Of a DNA stretch of 64,000 nucleotides, positions 11,440 through 21,910 are shown in pieces. Both the position numbers and the translations under genes were made by a program. The notes below the pieces were generated by a model. It did not search any database, was not told the DNA's origin, and saw nothing but the letters and a program-made list of their open reading frames with translations. The DNA lies in contig NC_042998.1 in assembly GCF_006345805.1 (NCBI RefSeq), positions 155,248,001 through 155,312,000 of the forward strand, given 5' to 3'. Every line of letters begins with the position of its first letter. Position 1 is the stretch's first letter. Origin of the DNA: Octopus sinensis (taxonomy: Eukaryota).

Positions 11440-13386
11440 CAGTTCATATATTGATGATATCCTGGTAGATGAGAGTGGCATTAACAGAGGAAGTTTTGAA
11501 TCCTCTTAGAAAGTTCAGCCTGACGACAAAACTACTGTAAGCAATAGAAGGTGGCACAGTGCTGGGGCTCAGACTTGAAAGAGATAAAGTGGGTAGGCTT
11601 GTGTTTTGCAGAGGAAACACAATCCCGAACCTAAATCAGAATATGGCGAAGACTATTCTTGATGTGTGGGAAGCTGGTGAGTAACTACCCTATTGAAGGA
11701 TGACTCCAAATGGAATGGAACTACATCAAAAGGTGAACAGAAGGAGTGAACTGGGGTGATAAAATGAGAGAGAAGATAATTGCAATGATGCGAGATGTCT
11801 TGGAGAGAGTGCAAGTGAAAAATCCACAGAAAGGTAGTTAGTATGTTCCTGATAAAAAAAAAAAGGGATCAGGTGTTGTGACATGATCAGTATAACATTG
11901 ACAGTCATTCTGAAAATAAGTGTTAAGGTGGAAGACATGGCATGGCTTAGGAAGAAGAATGACTACAAACATATCAGTGTGGGGTGGGTAGCATCAAAAG
12001 AGCTGTTGAGTTCGGCATGTGGTCTTCGTCCCCTTGGAAAAGAATATGGTGGATATTCTAACCGGAGTAAAAAAGTATTCATTGGAAACAACAGAGGATG
12101 TTCCAATTGAAGTAGCTGTGGTTTGTTGGCTAGAGGGCCCAGAATTGAGGAGGCTGCAGAACATGCACCACATGGGGGTTGACAGGACATTGTTTTTGGC
12201 CAGGACGGTTGAGTCCGATGTCGTCAGAGAGAGTGTTTGGAAGGTGGTGGGGAATTGCAACAGGTGCTAATCCATCAACCTTGCACTGAGTGTATATGAA
12301 ACAGGAAAGATTTGGGTGGAGGAAGACTGGAAGAGGCTTGCCATTGATGTGATGCACTATCAGGATAAGTTAAGCCTCTCAATGGTCGATTGTGGGCCAG
12401 AGTAGATGGCCAAATGATGAGAAATCAGGGTGGAGACAGCACTGCTGCTGAAATTGCAGAAGTGCTGAATGCAGTGTTCTTGGAAAGGGGACCTGTAGAT
12501 GAGCTATTGAAGGACAATAGTACATGTTTTTGCTCAGAGCAGCTGAGAGAGAGATGCTCTAAATGTGGAACATAAGATGCTTCTTCAGAGTTGCATACAA
12601 GCCAGGTGGAAAAGGGATTGTGGAATAGTACCATCATAGCTATGAAAGCTATGGCTGAGGGGACGAATTTCCCCCACGGAAGCAGTCTTCAAGTACAACA
12701 TGTTGCCCAGGGTAGGGCAATTGGCCATATTCTGATACAAATGGAGACACCCAAGCATGGTGCCACAGCAGCCAGAGGTGAAAAGGGTCACATCTATACA
12801 GGTCAGAGACAAAGTGTGGGTGAAACCTTCAAATGCTCAGTGTACAATGCAGTGGGAAAAAGGAAGGGTGATCGTGAACAGTACTCTGAATGGATGGAAT
12901 GCCACATCACATCTTGGATATTTGAAGGGTGATTAGCTCTTCAGCTGAGGATGAGAAGGGAGAGGCCAGCACCATAACCCTACAGAGATCTCAAAGGGAA
13001 CATCACCCTGCCGAGTGGATGGATGATTATAAAATGGAATAGAAGAGCAGTGACCTTTAGATTGGGGGTGGTGATGGTGGAGGAAGGATGAGTAACCAGA
13101 AGGGAGAGGTGGTGATGTCATGAAGAAGCCAGAAGGGAGCTGACATAATGTCATGTTAGAAAGCAACAGGTTGAAGATGGCCTCTTTCTTATGGGGTCTG
13201 TGACAAAGTCAAGTCGTGTGCTGGGAGAGGTTGTATACTAGTAGTCCTTACTGGCGAGTGGTTGGGAGAGCTTGCACATGGTTACAACTGTGAGGTCTAG
13301 ATGGCTTTCCCGCGATCCTATGCTTGGAAAGATTGTCACTGATTGTAACTTGAGGTAAGAGCAACTTTATTTTGTGCCTTACAACA
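11440..13386 (+). mobile_element. Gypsy LTR retrotransposon, 5'-truncated, decayed pol plus probable 3' LTR (13116-13386)
   Basis: YIDDILV (RT) at ~11445; integrase HHMGVDRTL..C..C (ORF 12019-12270) and WKRLAIDVMHY..MVDCGP; purine tract then TGTCATG...TTACAACA. Confidence 0.85.
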
Positions 13387-13553
13387 ACACTAATTGAGGA
13401 AGTTGTTCTACCACATTCCAGTAATCAGCTGGTGCATTAATTTTCATATTTCAAGGCATACAAAGAATGGATTTAGTAGTTTTGTTAATCAGGCCGTGCA
13501 ATATTATCACTGGGAATCTGTATGCCAATCTCTTCTAAATCTTTTTACTGACT

Positions 13554-14280
13554 ACTAGCAGTATAACCTGGCATAGCCCGGGATTAAGTTAGGATTATTA
13601 AGCTAATCAAGCACTATGTTTCAAACCAAACTAAGTAACATCGATGTCAAATTTGAGGGAAATCTATTGAAATTGGTAAAAGTTTGGCTGAAAATGGGTT
13701 GCAGACAATTTGATTGGGACATCCCATAAGGAATCGGTTCATCGATTTTTCCACTCATCAATTGTTTCTTTTTTTTGGAGAACTTAAAGCATTCAAAGAT
13801 CCCATGAGTTCTAAGTAATGCTGGCATCAAGTTTGAACAAAATAAGTCAAAATTGGTAAAAGTTATGGCTGAAAATTGGGTGTAGCCAATTTTAGTGGGA
13901 AATCCTATAGGGAGTCAGTTTATCGATTTTTCATCCTGGCTGAATAGAAAACCCCATAAGGAATCAATTTATTGAATTTCATCCCAAATAGGACTTAACT
14001 GAAAACAACATTGCTGATTTTAAAAAATCTATATTTATACTTTAAAGTTGGTTTTCACACCCAACACAGTTCTGCAGAATCAGTGTCGTGAAAGGAATGC
14101 ATGGGTTAGGAGTTTGACTGGGAGAGGTGATCAGGTTGCACATGCTGGCCCTTTCGAACCCCCAATCATCTAACCCCCCTTGGCCCATTGGTTGGGAGCC
14201 CTTCTAGCAAGGCATATAGAATGCCCAAAAGGGCTCCCAATCCTCTGTGTCAGAAGAGGTTATGTTCGGATCACAAATAA
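13554..14280 (+). mobile_element. Non-autonomous Helentron/HINE-like repeat, copy 1
   Basis: Starts ACTAGCAG..CCTGGC..GCCCGG; colinear with 29628-30372; internal atcccataaggaatc subrepeats. Confidence 0.6.
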
Positions 14281-14520
14281 GCTTTAACCTAAGCCTAAGC
14301 TAACCTAGTGAAAGGGGTCTTGGGAGCCTCTAAAAGGCAGCAACTAATCCTGACCAAGTCCTAACGCCTCATAGGAGTACTATCAGTCAAGGCTGCATCA
14401 AAGACAGTTGCCTCAGAGATCTGCATTTCAAAAGCATCCTAAATTTATAGGCTATAGCTTGTGTGTTTAAGAAAAAAAAATATTTTACAGAAACAAATTT
14501 TCCAGAGTGTGAGTGTGTGC

Positions 14521-14563
<43 letters not shown>

Positions 14564-14571
<8 letters not shown>

Positions 14572-15057
14572 TGAGGGCATTACTATACATAAATGCCACA
14601 CGCTAAGAGGGACTCTTAAAGTCAAAACTACCAAAATAAATAAACACATAGTATCAAATGTGAGGGAATGCAACTCTCGAAGCGAGCCTTTTAAAAACAG
14701 AATTCAGCTGCAAATCACATGATTTCATAATTAGTGCAGAAATGCACTTTTTAGTTCTCAGTGTAAGCATAATTTAAGATTTCTAATGAATGAATATTGG
14801 ATGTTCGTCTGGTATGTTGATTTTTGTTCATTCATTATAAATCTTGAATTATGCTTGCACTGAAGATTAAAAAGTGCATTTCTGCACTAATTATGAAATC
14901 ATGTGATTTGCAACTGAATTCTGTTTGTAAAAGGCTTGCTTCGAGAGTTGCATTCCCTTGCATTCGAGACTATATGTTTATTTATTTTGGTAGTTTTGAC
15001 TTTAAGAGTCCCTCCTAGCATGTATCATTTATGTATAGTAATGCCTTCAATATAATA
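14564..15057. mobile_element. Foldback element/MITE with ~230-bp inverted arms
   Basis: 14564-14795 is the reverse complement of 14825-15057 with scattered mismatches; abuts a (TA)n tract. Confidence 0.85.
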
Positions 15058-15485
15058 TAAATAAATACATTTAAGAGAGAAATTGATGGATTTTTGAGGT
15101 TTTTCACGCTAACTGCTTGATAAATTCTTATAAAAGATTTTATTCTATTTTTAAATTATATATATATAGTTTTTTTTGAAAGATACATTTTATCATCAGA
15201 ATATATATACTTTCTCACACAACAATTGACATATTTATTTTAAATCACTTATTTATTTATTTTAAATCATTTAGCTTTCTCCCCCCCCCCCCACATACAC
15301 ACACAGAAATTAGTTTGGGCACAAATGAGTTTTGTTTTCTTTTTTCCTAAAACGCTGGTATAAAGCTGAAAATATTTAGTCGAGGAAAAAAGTGTGTTTT
15401 GTTAAGAATTAATCCATTTATTTGGCAGCAAAGAGGTGAGTAGCACTTTGTCAGTAAACTTTTACCTGTCTACATACATACACGC

Positions 15486-15528
<43 letters not shown>

Positions 15529-15538
15529 TTCTCTACTG

Positions 15539-15585
<47 letters not shown>

Positions 15586-16893
15586 TTAATAACGAACCAC
15601 GTAATTTAAACTCTGGAAAATTCATTTCTGTAAAATTTTGGGAGTGGGTAAAATTTCCAAGGCTTCCACCTCACCCCACCCTGATTTTCAGACCCCAAAA
15701 AGGGTTTTGTAGCATATTAAGAGGTCACAGGAATTCATTCAATGAAAAAAAAAAAAATTCCAATGATTCCAGGATGGGGAAGAGGGGTCCCCACTTTTAT
15801 CTAAACCAAAATAAGGGATTTGCAGCATATTAGAAGGTCAGGGTACTTGATTCCACATAAAAAATCTGAGTTTTTTTTTCCTTAATGAAAATCGTGTGGG
15901 AATTTACCTTTTGTTTTTCTGTATAATACTTTTCACCATTGCAAGACAGGGGACTTAACTCATGATAGCAAACTTACAGATTTTACTGACGTAGAAACTG
16001 GTAAAAGTTATGGTTGAAAATCGATTTTTACCACTATCCGCAGGTACCTCGGGAAAAATAAGTTGACAAAAGCACAGCCATGTTTGTGATCATTGTCCTC
16101 CTAAAACTGGAGCAACATGCATACTATTTGTGGACGTGCATAAATTACATTCACGTACACACACAATCCTGACTTATACAGATATAGACTAGCAGCTAAG
16201 CGCAGTTTCACCCAGATGGTTTGGATGATGTAAAACCTGCTCTGTGTAAGCATTCAACTTGTTTGAACATGCTTACATTAAAAAACAATTTTAGAAGGAC
16301 ATTTTTCTGTCAAAGCACTAAAAATAACTGACCAACAAAAAAAAAACAACCAAGATTCAACCAAATCAGAAATAAACCGAAATACTAAGCGAACAAAGAT
16401 GAACCATCCCACTTCCATTGAATGCACACACACAAGCACACACACGCATACACACACATATATTCACATAGAGCTGAAACACTGATTTATTTTTTCAGCG
16501 TACACTACCAAGTATGACATCCCTTCCTTCCTTATTCATCTATCATTCCTTCCTTTCTCATTCATAAACACAAAAGTATTATTTTAGTAGATTATCTCGA
16601 TAACCATGGGAGCTATGAAAAAATACACAGCCCAGCATCACCACCAGACCATTCTCCACATCTGTGTAATTTTTCACACAATTCCACCCAGCCATTTGAC
16701 CGTGAATCCCAAGACAAGAAAGAATCACCCATATCAAATTTATATTTATAGATTAATCCAAGTCTATATTTGCAATATTTCCATTTGCCCCATATCAATT
16801 GCTTCTATCACCACTTATCTTATTCCTAACCATGTATGATACTATGTAGCAGGTTGGATTTGAATTTGCAATCTTTATTTCTAACAATCCCTA

Positions 16894-16954
16894 TGAAAGA
16901 AGGAAATATATCACTATGAAATGACATTTCATAGTGATATATTTCCTTCTTTCA
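16894..16954. repeat. Perfect palindrome, 30-bp arms with a 1-nt centre
   Basis: TGAAAGAAGGAAATATATCACTATGAAATG-A-CATTTCATAGTGATATATTTCCTTCTTTCA. Confidence 0.97.
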
Positions 16955-17611
16955 CAGTGGAAACTCAGGAAAATCAAAAAAGCAATGTCAATAATGCTTG
17001 CTGCAGCTCAGTGAGTAAGCCCACCACAGACTTCAGCTAAGTATTACTGAGAGATAGGTTTAAATGTTCCATAATTACTACACAAATACTAAGAGAGAAG
17101 GGCATTACTACTCTTGTTTAGAAGTAATGGTCTCCACTTTAAACCCAGTGTATATTTAGGAATAAGATATATGAAGATCAATGACTTACAACTGAAACTA
17201 GGTAAATAGAAACTGTATGGAAATCTTTAAAATGAATTTTACTTCTTGGGTAATAAACATTACCTACTACCCAGATTAACACACCACTTGATCAATGGTT
17301 GCGTCTCTGAGACCTAGTTCAAATATTTGCAAATAGATCATAGGTAGGCTAAGTCATTAAAGAAAAAAATTTAGATGTATTCCTTTGCTCTACACGGGCT
17401 TAACAATTACTGTCAAAGGTCAAGTTAGCAAATGCTATCAAAGGTCATCAAAGACACTTCAGCCATTATACCATCCAGTATTTCTATAAGAAAGTAAGTT
17501 ATAATTTAAGAGAGATTTCACTTTTATTTCTAGCAAATCAAGCTACAACACTAAGGCCTTCTAGTTCGTTTGAGTGTTTTGTCTTACTTTTTGTGTGCCA
17601 AATTTGTATGT

Positions 17612-17728
17612 AGTATAGTGATTAAGCGTTGATATTTTGTAGTATGGTGATTAAGCATTGATATTTTGTCGTATGGCGATTAAGCGTTTCAGTCATCCAA
17701 CTGCAACCATGCAGTCGGATGACTGAAA
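17612..17728. repeat. 29-bp tandem repeat (x2.6) followed by a 19-bp-arm hairpin of a SINE tail
   Basis: agtat(a/g)gtgattaagc(g/a)ttgatattttgt units; TTTCAGTCATCCAACTGCA-acca-TGCAGTCGGATGACTGAAA. Confidence 0.85.
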
Positions 17729-17785
17729 CAAGTAAAAGGCTAAAAGAATGATAACCATTATTGTTGTATGTAGTGTTGATGTGTA

Positions 17786-18639
17786 CCATAAATCCTCAAA
17801 TATAGTCCGCCCTTGAGTATAATATGCAGTGGATTTTTAGCGGGCTGTACCTCTGAAAAATCTAAACCTGATGTATAATACGCACCCCTTCTCTAACTTG
17901 AGTCAAGTAGGTCTATATAATGTCCTTGGTTTGTAAAAATGTATACGGTAACGTCCTTTATTATTATTGTATACATAACATAATGCAAATGTGTAGCTTT
18001 TTTGTGCATTTTGTTTGCAGAAAATAAAGAAATAACAGTAATAACGTCAGTGAAAGATAAATATTAAGTAAATCACCTTTATATATTTATGACTATCAGT
18101 TACAAAAGCAAAAACATTTATTCAAATCCTTCAAATTCAACATCACTTTCAGTATCAAATAACTGTTCCATTTGTTTCTCCGTAAACATGTCAGCATCAC
18201 TATAGTGTAAATCTCCGTTATCGTCAGATTCATAGTCAACAACATCATCCTGAGTACCACCCAGTGCAGATGATATACAACATTTGATAAAACTTTTCAC
18301 AATAATCTGAGGATCAAGTTCATTCCATGCATACACGATCTACTTGCATATCAAAGTCAGGTCGGGAGCGCGAACCCTTCCAGCTTTAGTGAAAGACTTT
18401 TCTCCAGTCGACATCCATTCAGTCCATAAATCACTTTATGACTTCATTGCTTTCAGGCTAAGCTTAAGGCATTTTCATGTCCGACATCACAAAAGGCGTC
18501 TGAATAAATGTTGCCAGACAGCAAATAGAGACTCGGACATTGCTTAGAAAATATTTTTCATTTTTAACCTTGTATGCACTAGGGATTTTGACCTTTAAAT
18601 TTTGGGAAAAAGATGCGGATTATACTTGAGGATTTATGG
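17786..18639 (-). mobile_element. pogo/Tigger-like transposon, deletion derivative
   Basis: TA-flanked TIRs CCATAAATCCTCAA(A/G)TATA(G/A)TCCGC; ORF 18118-18336 AW....IVKSFIKCCISSALGGTQDD is a DDE_1 C-terminus. Confidence 0.88.
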
Positions 18640-19110
18640 TAGTCTTTCAAGGTTATCTTTTTTAGCTGAGTAATTTCAGAATTTCTTTTTACTTATGTTG
18701 TCAATTTATTATCATTATTTTTTCTTTTGTACACTACTATGATTAATCCTATGATGTTTGTAGTTTCCCTGGTTGAAGTAATTCCAATGCAGCTTATTTC
18801 TATTAAATCATCAAGTTACACTTCTTTTTAATATTAAAGGACACAACTCATGAAACTACTGATAAACAAAAATACAGGCATGGAGATGGAAGCAAACACA
18901 CACACATAGATATATAGTTGATGAAGGAAACGGAAAGTGGATCCATTTTCTGTTTCCCTCATCAATTATAAACTAAATGAACACTGTTGAATTCCTGATG
19001 TAAATCCAGTGAAAATTATACTGTAACTGTGAATGACATAAGGTAACCCAAACAGAGAATGTGCTTTAATTGGTATACTAATAGACATGTACCTAAAGTC
19101 CAAACAATTA

Positions 19111-19113
<3 letters not shown>

Positions 19114-19159
<46 letters not shown>
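19114..19159. repeat. (TA)n microsatellite, representative of many (e.g. 14530, 15490, 31441, 31653, 32709, 38490, 39900, 40067, 49740, 61140)
   Basis: Directly visible. CA/TG-rich low-complexity blocks at 19470-20010, 34300-34630, 39230-39745 and 43900-44240 generate spurious ORFs. Confidence 0.98.
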
Positions 19160-19161
<2 letters not shown>

Positions 19162-20010
19162 TAAAAACGGTAAGATAACAAAAGAAAGAAAGAGACTTCA
19201 ATATTATGTAAATAGAGGAAATTTATCTGTAAAATAATATGTGACAATTATTCAATAGCCAAGATAAAACTCTGAGTTTTGGATACCGAGGTGAAAATCC
19301 ACAACACCATCTCTTTGGTTATCTGGCCATCTGAAAAACGCTATGAAAAAAGACCGTTATACAAAGGGAAATTACTGTGTTATAATTCCGCTACTTATAT
19401 AAAAGCGCTAATCCAATGACCGCTAATTAAAATAAGGTTAAAAGTTTATAGTAAACACATAAGCATGCCTACTCATATGCACACATGCGCGCTCGCACAC
19501 CCACGTGCGTACGTATACGTCACTATGAAAACGTACACATCTTCACTTGCATTTTTCGCCAAATGTATACACATATATATACAAACTCGTACACACACAC
19601 GCGCACCGTAAAATTTCATACATACGTCTACATACGCACAAGCACAAGAAAAAACATTGTTAAAGGTAACAATACAGAAAAAAGCAATACAGAAAAAAAG
19701 CAACAAAACAGAAAAAAACATAAGGAAATATACAAAGCATAAAACCATGTTCATATACGGACATGCCCTTAAGCACACACACACACACGCCCATATATGT
19801 ACATACCCGCACATGTTTATATACGCACACACACATACACAAAAAAAGGATTATACATATGTCCAAAAAACTGAAAAAATTGTAAAAATACTGAGTAAAA
19901 ACATCTATATATATATGTATTCTTATGCCCGCACACACGCACACATCTATATACATACATACCAGCCCACTCATACATATTCACACACGCATACAAATGA
20001 ATCTATATAC
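19160..20010 (-). mobile_element. Probable PLE pseudo-LTR/3' region, inverted relative to the adjacent PLE ORF; includes CA/TA low complexity
   Basis: Begins at a (TA)n tract, carries a decayed hammerhead fold (19258-19327), lies just 5' of the PLE ORF. Confidence 0.5.
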
Positions 20011-20299
20011 ACGTCTATATAGGCACAAGAAAAAATGCAGGATGGAAGAGTACAGAAAAAATTATTATGTGTAAAAATATAAAAATATATGAAAAAATAA
20101 AAGGTATAATGAGATAAAAAACTTTTTGGGACATAATATAGAAAGCAAGTTCTTTCTGTATTCTTGGGGGGACCAAAAACGTAACAAGAACTTTGTCACA
20201 TGTGGGCATGATCCGAAAAGTTCTGTCCTTGAATTTAGACATGTAGTAGTGTCTAAGCTGCTTTTCCAGATAAGCCATCTTTCCATGTCGCATAGGCCG

Positions 20300-21880
20300 C
20301 ACTAGGCCAAAGACCTATAATGAAATTAATAAAGTAGCTAGCGTTATCGCCGCTAGACTAAAATTCGATAAAAATATAGAAGTCCTTCCCAAAAAAAGAG
20401 GCCTTTATTACAATCAAAGACCACAGAGAACTTCCTATCCAACCCTAAATGTAGGCTTATCAATCCAGTTAAGTCAGAACTTGGGATTATTAGTAAAGAA
20501 ATTTTAGGAAAAATAAATGCAAAAATTAAGACACTACTAGGCTTGTACAATGGTCTAAGAAAAAAGCGAGGTTTACACAATTCAATATTGTTGATTTTTA
20601 TGCCTCTATCTCTAAAGAACTGCTAGATAAAGCCCTCATCTTCGCTAGCGATTTCATAGAAATCAGTACACAGGATAAGGATATCATCTTCCATGCTAGA
20701 AAGACCTTACTTTTCAGTGAGAATGCAGAGTGGGTCAAAAATACCGACACAGGGTGCTTTCGATGTGTGCATGGGGTCATATGATGGAGCAGACATATGC
20801 GATCTTATTGGATTTTTTCTACTAGATACATTAGGTAAGACCTTTCCTGACGTATATTTTGCCATCTACAAACATGATGCCCTCACTTTAACTGCTAACA
20901 CAAATGGACCAGCACAGGATCGTTTTAGGAAGGATATTATCCATTTAATGAAGAACTTCGGACTTAGTATAACTATAGATACTAACCTGAAGGTTGTCAA
21001 TTTCCTAGACGTTTCCTTAGATCTAAATAAGAACATTTATAAGCCTTATAGGAAGCCCAATGATAGACTTAGTTATATTAATGTAGGTTCATGCTATCCC
21101 CCAATAGTATTCAAAAATTTAGTTAAAAATATTAGTAAGACAATTTCTAGCTTCTCCTCCGATAAGAACATTTTTAATAGTATATAATAAGTATATATTA
21201 TAAGTATATATAATAAGTATATAATAAGGCTTTAAATGATAGTGGTTTTAGCGAAAAAATAAAATATACACCTGTTACTAGCCCAACAGTAAAGAAGAGG
21301 AAAAATAGAAATAGGAAGATCATCTGGTTTACACCCCCTTACTCACCCGAGGTGACCTTCAATATAGGTAAATATTTCTTAGCACTGATAGAAAGACATT
21401 TTCCAGTTAAACATACTTATAGGAAGCTATTCAATAAACACAATTTAAAAATTAGTTTTAGTTCAATTACCAATTTTAAAAATATAATCGCACATAACAC
21501 ACAAAAACCACAACAAGAAAACAGCTGTTCATGCAGGAATAAAAAATTGTGCCCACTAAATGGAGCTTGCATGTCTGAGACCATCATCTATGAAGCTACC
21601 ATGGACTCTATAACCACTAAAGATACCGTTTCGATGAAGAAATACGTGGGCCTTACAGAGGATAATTTCAAGGCCAGGTTCAATAACCACACCTTAAGTT
21701 TTAGGGACTGGAACAAAAGGAAAGCGACAAAATTATCCAATCATATATGGTCATTAAAAGATAAAGGTGTCAATTACAACATCCATTGGAAGATTTTGGC
21801 CAAATGTAAGCTTCAACATAGGTTATCATGTTCCATCAGAGTGGATATGAATATTTCCTATTTTTGTGAGAAATGAGTAA
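20300..21880 (+). mobile_element. Penelope-like element (RT plus GIY-YIG), decayed
   Basis: KEAFITIKDH.ENF...PKCRLINP.KSELG; FDVCMGSYDGADICDLIG; DVSLDL....YKPYRKPN; ORF 21352-21876 has IIYEA...KYVGLT...FKARFNNH. Confidence 0.92.
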
Positions 21881-21910
21881 TTTATTTACACATGTATGTA
21901 TATATTCTGT

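Noticed and set aside
17612-17688. 29-bp repeats resembling a CRISPR array
   Set aside because: Head-to-tail with no spacers, eukaryotic context, no cas genes.
19473-20022. ORFs rich in YI/CV/HT repeats (also 34301-34666, 39318-39797, 43893-44279)
   Set aside because: Translations of TA/CA microsatellite-rich DNA.
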